From Bispira polyomma (taxonomy: Eukaryota), in assembly GCA_965649765.1 (NCBI GenBank), contig OZ287756.1:42346001-42410000 (forward strand): a stretch of 64,000 nt of DNA. Reading direction: 5' to 3'. Made by a program: the position numbers and the translations under genes. Shown piece after piece: positions 35,759 to 50,265 of this stretch (positions are counted from its first letter, which is position 1; each line of letters starts with the position of its first letter). The notes under the pieces were generated by a model that ran no database searches, was not told the DNA's origin, and saw only the letters and a program-made list of their open reading frames with translations.

Positions 35759-38159
35759 CATGCGCAAAATCAAAGTGGTTTGTGCGTAATACATGAAATT
35801 TCTAATGAATTTTGAGTGCACATGCGTGAACAGAATTACTGTTTAGAATGCAATAATGATCCAGCATTTTATGAATATCATAATTTCAGAGGAGATTCTC
35901 ACTCCTTCAATGAAATAGCAGAAAAGAGGTTATCCTGTGCTGATACGGATTAGAAAAGGGGACCTAGTTCATGAGACCTTGACATTTACATACTGTGATG
36001 TCACTGATATCACAGACTACTTGAATTGAATACCAATATTGTCAAAGGCACAATGCAAGAATGTGCTCGAGTTGTTATCAGCTGATAGATTTTCCAAGGC
36101 CGGCCAATCTGTTATACTGAAATTAATGATGTAACCAAAGAAATGGATCAGAACATGGCGAAGGTTGCTAGAAAAATAGATAGCACCACCGAGTGTCACT
36201 GATTTTCTTTTTTATATAACATTTTAAGATCGGTCGGCAATCTTGGTGTCTCATGATCGGTGTCATTTTGAGTTTCCAATATTGGTTAAATAAAAGAAAA
36301 CCACAACTGTTAATGTAAAACATCATGAAATCGTAGTTTGAAGTGTTTATCAGAACAGTTTGCTCAAACTAATAGTTTTTGCTGTTTGTGTACCACATTT
36401 TTATACGACGACAAGCAGCATCCAGTAGAATCCTGGTAAAACGAAATGAGGTGCATTGCAAAATTATGTGCACTTAAAGGACAAAAGTGTATGTATTAAA
36501 TATTTGTTTACTGAATTTCCAAGTGAAATTATAATATATTGAAACTGAAAACTATAATCTATTACATGCAGAGGTCCCCCTGATTGTGTGAGACATTATA
36601 TGTCTGCTAACTTACATATTGTAAATTCCACGCCAACAGACCAGTTGATTCTGTAATGGTTGTTATTTTTTGACAAAAACAAAACTAGCATCCAGATGAA
36701 CTTTCAGCCTCTGAATTCTATACTTTTAACAACTTAAGAAAATGGAACAAACTTCAGTATTTGATATCCTGTTTCACAGTTTTTTTAACATAAATGGTGT
36801 GGCCTGATAGATAGAATAGGTTTATATTGTCTTTCTACATACACTATGAAATGTCATCGACCTACCTAAGTATATTTTTCTACCCTCATTTGTGAGGATT
36901 TAGTGTCAAAATATATAACAATGCAACCAGATAGTTTCTCTTGATAGCAAAAGCTGGAAGTTAATCATTATTATGTTCTAAAATGATCCATTAACTTTTA
37001 GAAAGGCAAAAATCCCTTTCTACGAGTCTGACCTTTTGCAAGTGGGTGTCCATGTTTAGGACTAATATTAGAAAATTACTGGGAGATAGTTATATCAAAT
37101 ATTATCGGATACTTGAAATGGGGCTGAGAAGTCAGATGAGATATTAGACTATAAGCCTACATGTTTATGAAGTAAGAATCTGGAATTCTTTTAACACAGA
37201 AGATGTAGTCAATTAACCTTGCCTTTATCTTCTTGTGGCACATGGCCACATTTGATCACAACAAATATTTGTCTTGCCATATTTTCTTCATTATTTGTTT
37301 GGATCTCACGAGAACAAAACATCAGAACAAAATTGTATTATATATTTGCTACATTTCAAACGAGGTTACATATAACAATTTTAAATGGTTTAAAAAACCT
37401 GTAAATGCCAACTGAATTGATAACCTGAATCAGTTTTTAAAAAGTAGTGCAGAAAGACTGGTTACTTTGTTATTTCGTACATACATCCTACTATTGTTTT
37501 AAAAATTGCTTTAATAATTTTATTGCTAAATATAGTAACATACATATTTGGCTATGCCATATTTGCAACAAGATGTTCCAAATACGTATTGTCTTACTGC
37601 AATTTCTATTCCATTCAAAGCATCTCAAACAAAAAAACCACATGCACTAATGAAAAACCCCCAGAACAAAACGACAACAAATAAAAACTAATAACTTGGC
37701 TTGTTGCACATACGTGACCTTTCTTACCACCAATGAATTAGTTTGTAGTGGGTGTTTTAGAAGTGCAGAGCAAGTGTTAATAATGGCCAATATGACGGCT
37801 TCAAAAGTAACTTAAGTCGCCTTTCCTGTGTAAAAGTGGCAAGGGTGGTACTTAAAAGGAATGTGTGCTTTGTTTGTATGGAGTGAAAAAAACTAAGGAG
37901 GACTTTTATTACAAGGAACTGGGACTCTTTAGCTATTTCTTATCTTTATTAGTATTATGTAGGTCTGGAAAAAATAGTGTTTTACTGGAAAATAAGTATG
38001 GTAATATCATCAAAGAGGTTTCTACTTAGAACTGACAAGATGTACACCCTCATGGCTAAAACTTTGCGTTGATTTAAAAGCATTAAAAAATAATTTAAAA
38101 CATACATATACAATCACAACTACATAAGTATTTAGCATACAACTAAAATTAAACATTCA

Positions 38160-38228
38160 GATTAAACATTTTATTAAACACGTAAAACATTGAATCAAAA
38201 GACTCTACATTGAGATTGAGTCAGATAC
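38160..38228 (+). repeat. Direct repeat of about 70 bp, second copy at about 40150-40218
   Basis: TAAAACATTGAATCAAAAGACTCTACATTGAGATTGAGT is identical in both copies. Confidence 0.85.
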
Positions 38229-40694
38229 AAACCAAGAGTCCTAAATCTTCATCATTCCCCCTTCATATTTTTTCATAATGATTGTCAGTAGTAAATCACT
38301 TCAAATTGCCTCTGAAGTTCTAACACACTGTTTCATAAGCATTACATGTTAAGAAGGGTGCAAAACGATATATATATCCAAAGTCAAGCATTTGGTAACG
38401 ACACATACACTTCAACACAATAGATTGCTGCTCATTATTACCTGTACTCAGTCCTAAACAAATAAGTCAATAAATTCCCATAGAAAACTCGGTCTAGTGA
38501 TGCATCCAGCTTGTAGGATGACCTACCATATAACAAATCACTTAGAAGTGGTTATAACATCTTTGTTTGACAATAGCCAAAAATATAGCTACCAACCACC
38601 AATGGTCTTCCTGGTTGCTGTCATTATTCTAGTTTTGGAATGTTTTCATATGGTCTAATATTTGGACAATGTGCCTTAGAATCTGCTAGCCTTGAGATTA
38701 AGCACTTGGCTACCTTGTTATGTAATGTGCTGCAAGTGATGGTGTTTATTGGCGGAAGAAAAGTAAGTAGCATAGCACAGTGAAGAAGTGAACATCACCG
38801 GACATCAGTTAGTGTCCTGCTAACTTTCTCACACCAGTGACATGACCGAGAGTTGAGGCTACGACTGCAGAGGTGGGAGGCAAGACTATTACCTTTATGC
38901 TAGTGGTGCCCTTTTAGATCAAATTATTTGGTAGAACCCAGGGGATGAAAACTGACGCTATTGAAATGCCTCTGTTAAAGAGGTGATTGTATATCAAGGG
39001 ACCTTACTTAACAAGAAAATCTGATTTACAACTTATGCCAAGGAAATTTCAAGATACTGTACAAGGCTTACTAGAAATAACAAAATAGCAAATTTCTACT
39101 TTGTCTCTTTGACATAAAACAAATACATTGATGTTTTGACGACCAATTAATATTCTGATGCACAGAGCACAAGCCAATGATACTCACAGACGTTCCAAAG
39201 CGGTAAATATCAATGTTGTAAATTGCTCTAAGGGTGGCAGAAGCTGACAGTTTGTTTGTTTGTTAGTTTTTTGACTGACCTGCTTTTTGAAAACATCCGC
39301 AAAGTGACAAGCTTAAAAATTATGGTCACTTGACAAGCCACATGACACAATGACACGAAGTATATTAGCACCTGAGACAGCCAATCACAGTGAAGGACAC
39401 ATCGTGGCTTTGTTTGTCATTAAAACCTCTCCTTGACTGTAATTACAGATATTATTCAGTGGTTAAAAATGGTGCCATTTTAATGAACAGAGTATGTGGA
39501 ATGTTTAATACTATTGTCAATATAATATATTCCATGACGTCACAGCTGCGTCACGTCTTCAGAATATGTAACAGTGTAAGCACATTATACATGATACATT
39601 TAAGTGAACCAAATGTATTCTGATGTAGTGTTTTTTGCCTACTGAAGCCATTGTGTTTCTATCAATAGGCTCCAGATCCTTTGAGTTCAGAACAGCTAAA
39701 TCTTTCTTGCTACCTTTTTACTGGCATAGTTGATTTCCTCATAGTTGCATATAGTTTTTTTATTGATATTATTGTAACTAGGTAAAAATAAATTCTGTGT
39801 CAATTTCTTTTGTTTTTTTTTTTGTTTGTCACCAGGATAACAGAAAACTGCTAAACTATTGTACATAATATTTGGTGGAGAGATTGGCCAAGGGTCAAGA
39901 AATCATCAATTATTGGATCTGCCCTGGGTAGAAAGGTAAATCTAGGAATTGTTTTCACTTTTGACACTGGCGGAATCTAGTGCTTTTTAGGTTTTAAAGT
40001 TTTTTAAAAAATCTCATCAAACATTGTATAGAAAAGACAACTCAGTGTTATCAGCAAAAGGACTTCAGTTTTTGTTTTTGAGCAAAATAAGGGTCAGATT
40101 CTTTTATTATTACTTTAAAAATGCATATACAAATATACAAACATGCAGACTAAACATTTCATTAAAGACTTAAAACATTGAATCAAAAGACTCTACATTG
40201 AGATTGAGTTAGATGCATCAGGGTTACCATACAAAGACTCGTCACGACAAACCATTTTATTCCCTTTTAAAGTATGCCGTTGTTCTCTTTTCTAGTGCTG
40301 ATTGTCAAATTATATTCCTCAGGCAACAAGTAAATCTGTCTCCAGTGGTTCTGTAGCACCATTGAACAGATCTAATGTTTAGTTGCTAAATATAATCACA
40401 CTGCCCTTTTTTCCTTCACAAATTCCAGCAGTGGGTATTGGTGGTGTGTTTTTGTGTCACACTGGGTATATTTAGCATCCACTCGTGTTATGTAAGACTG
40501 TTCTGACGTCACACATTAAGTCTTTCCACTAAACCCTCCACTTTCATCTGAGAAGATTACAAGCTCAGTCCTTGTGAAGTCTTGTGTGAAGTAATAGTTT
40601 TTTTATTGGAGATCCCTTAAATTGGCTGATACCCTGAAAAAATGTCGAATTAGCCCAAATATATCCTTATGGATTGTTTGTAATGAAGTTGAGT

Positions 40695-40910
40695 GGGGCC
40701 TCAGTGTTATAGTGGTAAGCCACTTTTTTCACACCTCTGTTGTCACGGGTTCGAATCTGCTGCAATGCATGCACATGGGAAGGTTGCATGGAAATTTTCT
40801 GAAAGAGGTTTGAAGAACAGAAATCCTTGAGCGAATACCCCGTTTTGACTTGCAGTGATTTGACACAATACATGTTGACGACAATGGTAAACCCAACCCA
40901 AACTAACCTG
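40695..40910 (+). mobile_element. Highly decayed tRNA-headed SINE (other decayed copies at about 38740-38912 on -, 44050-44250 on -, 47610-47730, 57780-57995 on -)
   Basis: GGGGCCTCAGTGTTATAGTGGTAAG head, CACCTCTG motif, B box GGTTCGAATC. Confidence 0.5.
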
Positions 40911-42259
40911 ATGGAGATTACAATATCCACATTACTGATACTTTACTTTAGTCTGTGATGAAAAAATAATTATACATATCTAAAAGGGCACTCAGTAGAA
41001 CACATATCTCTTCCGAGGCCATGTTGTACGAAAACGTCAACAAATTCTTTAACCCACTTTTTAACTCATTGTTATGACGTCAGGTCCCATATCTCCACCA
41101 CGTTTGATGTATTATTGTTTTACCGTATTTTACCTGTTCAGCCTATCAAGCAAACTATAATTAACAATTGTGGTTTCAATTGCTTTGCAGCCTATCGCTT
41201 TACATAATTCAGTTTCAAAATAAACTGATACTGGGTTCACGTGATAAGTCTGCAGACAATCATTTAACCTCTATTTAAGACCACAAACGTGATATGGGCC
41301 GAATATACAAGGTAGGCCAAAAATACCAGGGTTGGCAATAAATCAGTTCAATAGTTCTGGTATTCACAACAATATCAAACTTAAACATTGTCTATCATAA
41401 GTATAGACTTAAATTCATATTTAGGAAAGTTTTTAGTGTTAAAAAGGATCGGATAAAAACTGAATTGAGGTTGACAGAAATGTTTTGAAGGAGCAATGCT
41501 TCCAAAACCAAAACATGCTTAGACACTCTTTTAAAGTAACCAAGTCAACCTACGGAATCCTTTTAACCTCATAAAAATAGGATGTAGTGGGAAATACAAT
41601 AACTTTGTCCCTGTACATAACTAATCCATCAGTTACTACAGTGTCACACACATCAACAGAATGAAATCTATACTATCAGCACTGTTATTTCAAGCAAGCA
41701 CTGATAACACTCGCTGTGACTAGTGCTGATATGACATCATCTACCAAGCACAAAAAAGCCAAATGTCCAGATCTCTGCTAATCCTGCTTTTCTGACGTTG
41801 CTTTGTGTAATACTTCCTTTCCATTTTTTCCATTTCTCATGTATCACCTTTATAGTTCATGTTTAGGCCTTGTGTTAGCTTCTTTAAGGACACAACACGC
41901 CCCCTACAATGTCTGGTAACCCAATTACACCAACTCACCGGCCCAGATCTTTCTGCTTTCTTCAAAGAGAAGTTAAAAACTCTTGATAAACGTGTGTGGG
42001 AGAGGTTGTTGTGACTGGTCAAACTACACTTAACCCCCCCCCCCCCACCCCTCACTCCTTAACCCTACCCCCACATATGGACACGCGGATATCCTGTCTT
42101 GGTGACCTATTTCAAAGCATAGGTACAGCTAATCAATTAAAATGCAAAAATCTCGAACAATATAATTTATTTTTATCCCCAAACAGACCCAATTAGACGA
42201 AAAATCTACACCAGGGTATGGTTCTTTCATTTTGGTACGAAGTTAATCAGTTATGCCAA

Positions 42260-42328
42260 GATGTGGTATCCAATGGTGGTGATGTGGTATCAAATGGTGG
42301 TGATGTGGTATCAAATGGTGGTATCAAA
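42260..42328. repeat. 21-bp minisatellite (GATGTGGTATCAAATGGTGGT) x3
   Basis: Read directly. Confidence 0.9.
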
Positions 42329-45015
42329 TAGTTTAATTCTTAAACAAATTACAGAGTTAATAAGCACAAGTTGCAGTTTGAACTCTACTATAGTAAGGTA
42401 GATCTTTTTATTTGACTCATTTCCAATCTGAAAATATGTTATAGGAACTTAACCAACCCTCTGTGTTTGTGAAAACTGTCACTTTGTATATCAGCTGGAC
42501 ATGACTTTAAAAGTGTTACAATCTAATCTAATCTTAAGGTGTTAGAAGATTCTAAAGGCACAAGACAGGAATACCTGATGTTCCCCAATAATACTACCTT
42601 ATAGTGATAAAACAAGGAGATATCCAGAAATAATACTGGGAGGATAGTCTTTGTCATACAATTGTTCTTTAATACAGGATACAGAAGAGCTTTGGTTTTA
42701 TCATAAGGCAATCATATGGTAACTGCGTGCTCACGTCTTGGTCTACCAGGATTTGAACCAGGAACCCTCTGATCACAGGACTCTTCCCATATCCACCTTA
42801 TAGGACACCAACACATATGTGTAGGTAGTTTTTAAGCTTTTATTCTCAGGTTGCTTTAAAATTCTTTCAAGAATAACAATTATGTCAGGGTTTTTTCTCA
42901 GCTGGTTCCACGACTACATTAGAAAAGAAGGCCACTGATTTCAGTTTAGAGTAATACAATTAAGCCCACTATTTGCTCTTGATTTTTAGTGGGAGAGAGA
43001 GAAAGAGTAAAGCACTTAGAAATGAGGTCACAGTAAATAATTTTAAGAACATGCACTTAAGCTTACATTTTGAAAGATAATCGGGACATTTAATAATGCT
43101 ATGACAGTACAGATGTCCTTTAATAAGAAAAATCAGTTAATTGTAGATTCTATGACCATAAATTATTTTATTATAACCTGTCATTTATAATTTTGGATGG
43201 CTGGTGAATACCTTTCAATTAAATCATTCTAGCCCTAAAATGTATTCTATAGAAAGGTATCTTCATTTTATAATATTGGCTGAGGTATACATTCTTCTTC
43301 AAAACCTACATGTATGTAACAGAACTATTACTGGTTCAATAAAATTTGCAATATCTGTTATTAACATTAATCAATCAGTTAGCTGTTCATAGTACAGCTC
43401 TGGACAGGGCTCATTTAGTAAGTGTCATATTGTCACAAGATCTTATTGATGTTGAAGTAATGGATTTCAGCATAGGATGTGCTTGGACTTCTCCATACTT
43501 CCTAGGGGACAAAAAGCATCCCGTGCTAAAGCTAACTCGCGTGGTATTTTTACCCCCGAGAGGTTCATTGTTTATTGAATTCCTGTTGTCTCCTAGTAGC
43601 CCTGTGATTGATGTCTTATAATGAGAAATAAAAAATACAAGAGCACTCAGTGGAGCACAAACCTCCGCCATGTGGTACAAAACTTAAAAATATATACATA
43701 GACCTAAAAGTCAATCAGTCTGATCAGCATATCAGGCAGTAGATGTTAAAATAACACCCATTGTCATAGTAGTTTTTTGAGGTATCGGGTGCATCTTCAA
43801 AAAATACTCATATTATTATTATTATGCATTTTTAAGGCGCTTTATTCATGCTAGGCATCTTTTAAAGCGCTACACCAGTTTTTTTGCTGATAGCCTAGTT
43901 CTCCACGATGTGTGGTCAAAGTCGGTTTTGTAGTTTTTGAGTAATCCTGCTACAAACAAACCAAAAGAAAATACTATGTTGATATCAATTTGTTACAACT
44001 TATGGCTATTTAAATTCTGGCTGTTTAAATCCTTGGTTTACATTTATTTTTTAGTGGGATTAAACATCACTTTCCACAACTGTGTAATAGATTGTCATGT
44101 GACAGTTTGTTGTTAAAGACTATGAGAGAAGGGTAGTTGGTAAAGACGTCTGAACTGCAATCTACCGGCCATTAGTCTCCTGACAATTTTCCCACATACT
44201 TGTTGTGGCCGAGATTCGAACCTATAACTGCAGAGGTGCGAGCAAAAGCGTATATATAACTAGTTTGAATGACATAATATATACATACGTATTACAGATA
44301 TTAACTGTTGGGTGGAATATAAGTAGGTTAGAATGGTGATCTCTCTTTGAAAATAGAGTAGAATTCCACAGTAAAAGGCCTTACAAATCTCCGACTACAA
44401 TTTAATTGAGAGAAAACCTCGTGTGGTGGCGTATATTGTAAAGCCCTTTACTCCGCCCCTCAAGGTACGGAGCCATAACCCATAGACATGTTTTATAAAT
44501 TTCATTAATGTTCGGTATCAACACCAATTAAACCTAGCACAGATCTTCATAGTCCATTTTCTAAATTTAAGAGCATACTACTACTTCCTCTGCAATATAA
44601 CCTCTACTAATATTTCCACTGTGGGAGTATATATACGGCCATAAGTCTGTTCTATATTTCTAGCCCTAGCCCTGTCCTAAGTGATTTACTACTGACAGTA
44701 CAGCTTTAATTATATACAGGACTACAGTTCATCCAACCCCCGTTGTTTATTGGCCTGTGTGGGAGGGTATTATATATATTTAGCCTTCTCTTTTTTAGTC
44801 TTCTATATGCTAATAATAGAGTACAGTTGTCTCGTATACAATAGTGGGTCAAATGAATAAACAAGTCGGCTTTTATAGAAATCCAGCCAAAACTGCACGT
44901 AGTTAATGGCTGAACCAGTCAGATAGACTGTAGTTATATGTATCTCTAAGCATTCAAATACACATAACTTACTTATTGTATGATGACGTCGCGTACAACA
45001 TCCAAAACATTCCAT

Positions 45016-45205
45016 GGGTGGTCATAATTGTGTCTGGGTCATAATAATCTTTGGTGCCAGTTTGTTTTAAACTTTTTAACAATAAAATGATTGATTTGCG
45101 GTCAAATTAGCATTATAACAGGCAATGCTTTGTGTTCCGATTAAATTATACAATCAATGAAGAAAAATGGACACAATTATGACCCGGACACAATTGTGAC
45201 AACCC
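45016..45205. mobile_element. MITE with 30-bp terminal inverted repeats
   Basis: GGGTGGTCATAATTGTGTCTGGGTCATAAT pairs with ATTATGACCCGGACACAATTGTGACAACCC (3 mismatches in 30). Confidence 0.75.
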
Positions 45206-47793
45206 AACCCGTACACAAGAAAAACAAAACTTCAAAATGATCGCAATTCTTTCTACAATGCCCTCATATTACATGAATCCATGTTTTATGATGAAAATAG
45301 GTATTGTTTGTTCAATTCAATTTGAAGAGAATCTGATTTAAAAGTCTCATTCCTGCACAGTATGCACAGTATTAATGCAAATCATTTCTACCAGACTGGG
45401 AACTGAAAGAGATCAGACTGTGGGTAACACAGGGGACGTTGTAACTCTAATATCAGAAGGCTAACTTAAGGATGCGTACATTATGAGAAAAACAAAATAA
45501 TCATAACGTCCTGCTTGATGTTAAACTAATATATGTTTGAAAAGTATTTGAAAAGTATCTTGTGGTACAATGTTAATGCAGTATTAATATAGGGATTAAG
45601 GACATAATTAAATTCAACAAACAAAAAAGATTGACCATACATCAAACGTGTTGTATATGGTTTCTAAAAATCTACAATATTTACATGTTATAAAACTTGA
45701 TTTTGTAAAGTGGTAAGGGATTTGTTTGCACGTTTATGAAAAGTATTGATGGGGATGAAATATTATAAAATTTCTTTTGCCCAGAGATAACACGGTGAAA
45801 ACACACACACACAAAAAAATAGATAAATAAAAAATAAATATTTTATATACACTATAGTAGAGCATTATGATTTGTATAGGATCGTCCTGAAGTATAAAGT
45901 CATCTATGGAGTACAAGGTGATACACATAAAAAGACTCTCTCTTTTTTTCTTTTTTTTTTTTTGTTAGGTTTAGGTTACAAGTATTTGGACATAAATTGA
46001 GTGATGGGTGAAGATTGATTGGTGCCTAAATTTATTTACATATGTTAATAGTGTTTTAATAAATACTTATAAAGCACTGTACAGTAGTAGTGGTGTATAT
46101 TCTTGGAGTGCAGGAGTATATTTATCAGATCGTTCTCATTTATGTTCAAACAGTAACGACTGTGTGTTGTGATTCAATCGGGTTTTTTTTTACTAAAGAA
46201 AGAAACCTCGTCAAATTCTAAATTTACAGCTAAAATGGGGACACAGGGATCTTACAAGAGAAAATTTCTCCCCCCAAGCCCCATGTAAATTTTTTCTTAA
46301 GTGTTTGTGTGGGTTGTTTTGGAGTGCTAGCTTAGCTTTGAGATTATGTTGATAAATTCAATTTGAGCAATTTCTGTTCATTACTGGAGTGTGACTGAGA
46401 CAAACGTTACTCGACTATATGGTAAAAAAACAGTATATGGAAACAAAATAGATATATAGCTTTTATGTAGAGCTCGATCTCAATGTGGTTTTTGTCTGGT
46501 ACAACCTTTTGAAAATTGACCAAAGTTTGATTGATTTTAGTATTGTATTGACGTTTTATGCTTAGTTGGCGTGTCTACCTTAACCTGTGCTAAGTCCTAA
46601 TTAACCTCTTTGTCTTTACTAATGTTCTTTACACTTTATTCCCATAATTGAAGAGAGGAGGGCTTGAGGATGACTATTTATCAATGTCCACATTCTTATT
46701 TAGCCTGCCACTGGACGGTAAGAGGATCACCATTTTGGTGGTGATTTGGGCCGCTATGTATCTGCTTGGGCCTGGTTGCCCCAGACAGGGATCAAATGTA
46801 GCCCACAGTGGCAGTGTTGATTGTTCAAATTTTTATTATAAATGTATTTTACTTCAAAATTGAAATAGACACAAGTAAATTGTCTATTATTTTGGTGTAC
46901 TTAAAGATGACAGTTTTTTGTTTCCACTATAGCAATATGCAATGGCAGTGTTCATATTTTTTAATTTGTGTTTTGTTTGATGAGTCAAAACTAGTGTAGG
47001 TAATTTTTTGGGTGTCCTTAAATGTGTGAGTTGTTTATATAATAGTAATTGTTGTTGTGATTTTTTTGGTGGTTTTTTGGTTTGTAATATCATATTTGTT
47101 AGTCTTTTAGATGGGTAAAATTGTTGCAATGAATTGCATCATATATATGCAAGGTATCAAAATGTAATCAACAAAATGTGTATATCTAGGATCCTTAGTG
47201 ATGTACACAAGGTTTTATTTTTACTACTACTACCGTCACATTTGTTCTGTGTCTACTATGTTACCTGGTAACAAAACTACAGGTGTGACTATCAATTAGA
47301 TTTTAATTAAACTTGATTCTAAACAAGTTGAATACAATATTGTCAACTACATACTGATTACAGCATATGCCCACAACCTACTAGTAATAGTTTTCCTTGT
47401 GTGTGTAAATTAAAACCTGTGGTTTTTTACCACCAATGTAGTGTATTGTGTTGTAGATATGTAGCTGATGGCTTTGGTTGTCACTAGGCAACTCTCTCCC
47501 AATAAAAAGACACTCATCATGTAATGTCCTTCATAATTTCAACATATGCACATAAATAAATATTAACAATCACACTGAAACATTGCCTAGATTCTTTTTC
47601 TAATGGTACAGGTGTCCTTGTCTTAGTTGTTAGAGGTTTTGTCTGGTAATCAGAAGGTTCCTGCTTCGATTCCCACTTGGAGGTGCTCTGGTGATAGGAA
47701 GGTCGTCCCCCTGCCTCCCATTTGCCTCGTGTAAATTCTACTAGATTCCCTATTTGATTCAGGTTTGCCTCAATACTTTGAACCACACTTGTG

Positions 47794-48145
47794 CTACTAC
47801 AAGTGTAATGTTAATACCAGTCGAGCTGCTCCCAAAAACAGATTCCTTCTTGTTCCAAAATGTAAGTCCGAAGTGCACAGGTGAAAGGTTCACTTTGATA
47901 AAAGTTTTGCAAATTATGCTCCTACCCAATGGAATAGTTTACCTCAACACATTAGAACAGCTCCGTCCCTGCATTCCTTCCGGCGCAGTTTAAAGACCTA
48001 TCTGCTCAATGATGCATTCCCTCCATAGTCTACTTACTGTTCTCAGTCGACGTACTGATGACGACTTCCTTCTGTCCATCACCAATGAATTTTGGCTCTG
48101 GCTGTGGTTTTTTCGTGCCTTAGAATTCATTACAACGAAAATAAG
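47794..48145 (+). mobile_element. 3' fragment of an L2-like LINE (same family as 26840-27320)
   Basis: Colinear nucleotide similarity, and translation ...SFANYAPTQWNSLPQHIRTAPSLHSFRRSLKTYL. Confidence 0.8.
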
Positions 48146-49975
48146 TGCCCGTATTCAAGCTTCGTAACATCCTTTTTTGCAAGGTGATCATATTCCAGGA
48201 GACACCGGAATGAAAATATAAATAAGGAGGGAAAGCTTTGGCAAACAAATTTCCCATAGCTTTAGTGCATTGTAGGACAAATGGATGCAGTCCCTTAAAG
48301 TTCTAAAAGGTATAGGTTAAAGGTCATATGATAGTTATCATTGACCTTCATAAGTTGTGAAAATAATATGATTAATGAAGACTCTGATGCTAGTTTGGGA
48401 TATATTTATTTTCACTCTGCCTCTATATACAACTTTACAATGGATGATGACCCGAGCCATGTTTTAGGACTAACCCTTACAGAGAATAAGAGTCTTACAG
48501 GAAGATATATCAATAGGGTACTGTATAAATGTTTCAATAATAAAATAACAAGTATAGTCTATATAATGAACCATTAAATAGATCCAGCAAGACAATAAAG
48601 CATAAGTGTCACTAAAGGCAGCAATGCCAAACAATGGTATTCACAGGGTTTGGATTTTAAGTGCACATAAGTGGGTGTGGAAACCCTACACTTGTGAGAA
48701 ATCTTAAGAGTTTCAATACTTCTAAGTGGGAAGTGCAAAGTAGGAAGGTTTTCCCCTAATATTTCCTGTTTGTTGTAGTGCAAGTAAAAAATGCCTGGAG
48801 TGCTATTACTTGCGTACGAAGAGACTTACCAAATACAATGGTGAAATTTGGTCATGCTACAAAACCATGCTTTAGTCTATTCCATATGATTACATCGTAA
48901 TTTGGTAGGACTAAAATGTAAACTCAAAAAGATATTAAAAATATGTAAAAAATGTATTACATTACATTAAGCACTGCCATGGACTTAACGATTGGACCAA
49001 TGACTCTGCTGTTGCGCTTAAGAAGATGCCTAGCATCAGTAAAGCGTGTTAAAAATACATAATAATAATTTGAGCGTGGATACAAAGAAGGGTTTGTTTA
49101 GAGTTTGTCAGAAGCACAAAGTCTTACACTGACAAATACACATGTTAAGTAGGCTATGTACATCTTGGTAAGATAACACCAGTGAAGCAGAGATAGCTCC
49201 AAGAGATTGTTGATAGGTCCACTGATACCGACTCTGTTGGAATCTAGACCACACTCTACACATTTTCACGCCACAGAGTCTTCCTTTTCCAATCTAGGTT
49301 GTAGTTGAAATACGGCTTAAATAAAGGTACTACTTCTGGTCCACTGAGGTCTCCCTTAAAGGTCTTCAACTGTTCAAAGGTTCTGCTGTCAGTTTTAATC
49401 ATTTCTGCCCTTACCTGTTTAAAATACAGATTTGATATATTGTTAGAACACACTCCTTTATTTAAAATAAGTCATGCACTACAACTAAATACTGATATGT
49501 TGAGTTCTGTCAGATTAACATGTTATGGGCAGAAGGCTGAGCTATTTCATTTTTTCAGATGTTTAAATACTAATGCAGTAAAATCAATAAACTTCTAATA
49601 TCCGAACAGGTTGGAAAGCAAGCTTCTGTTTGAATAATAGAAGATGTATTTTAGTATAGGACAAAATAGAACATAGATTGGGAGGAGTTAAATAGTAATG
49701 CTAGTTTGGATAATGGAAATTTGTAAAATAGAGGTCCTACTCTACTTGTACACCTATATGTATAACATATAAATCAGATATGATTAATTTTACTTTAAAT
49801 TTACACCAATAATACACTCTAACCTCTATTATCCAAACAGATTGGGATTGCAAATCTTTGTGTCGGTAATAGAAAGTTCATAAAGATGCATGTTGGTACA
49901 AAAGCAAGAGACAAACATAATTTTAAATAGTTGAAAATGACTTATATAATCAAAAATTTGGATAATAGATGCTTG

Positions 49976-50265
49976 TAGAATAGAGTGGACATATCAGCTA
50001 GTCCTTAAGACTGTGGTAAGTATGGAGAATATAGTAGACATATCATCTAGTCCTTAAGACTCTGGTAAGTATGTAGAATAGGGTGGACATAGTATCTAGT
50101 CCTGAAGCCTCTGATAAGTATGTAGAATAGAGTAAACACATCATCTAGTCCTTAAGACTCTGGTAAGTATGTACAATATAGTGAACATATCATCTAGTCC
50201 TGAAGACTCTGGTAAGTATGTAGAATAGAGTAGACATATCATCTCGTTGTTAAGACTCTGGTAAG
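49976..50265. repeat. 49-bp minisatellite x6
   Basis: TAGAATAGAGTAGACATATCATCTAGTCCTTAAGACTCTGGTAAGTATG with a 49-bp period. Confidence 0.95.
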
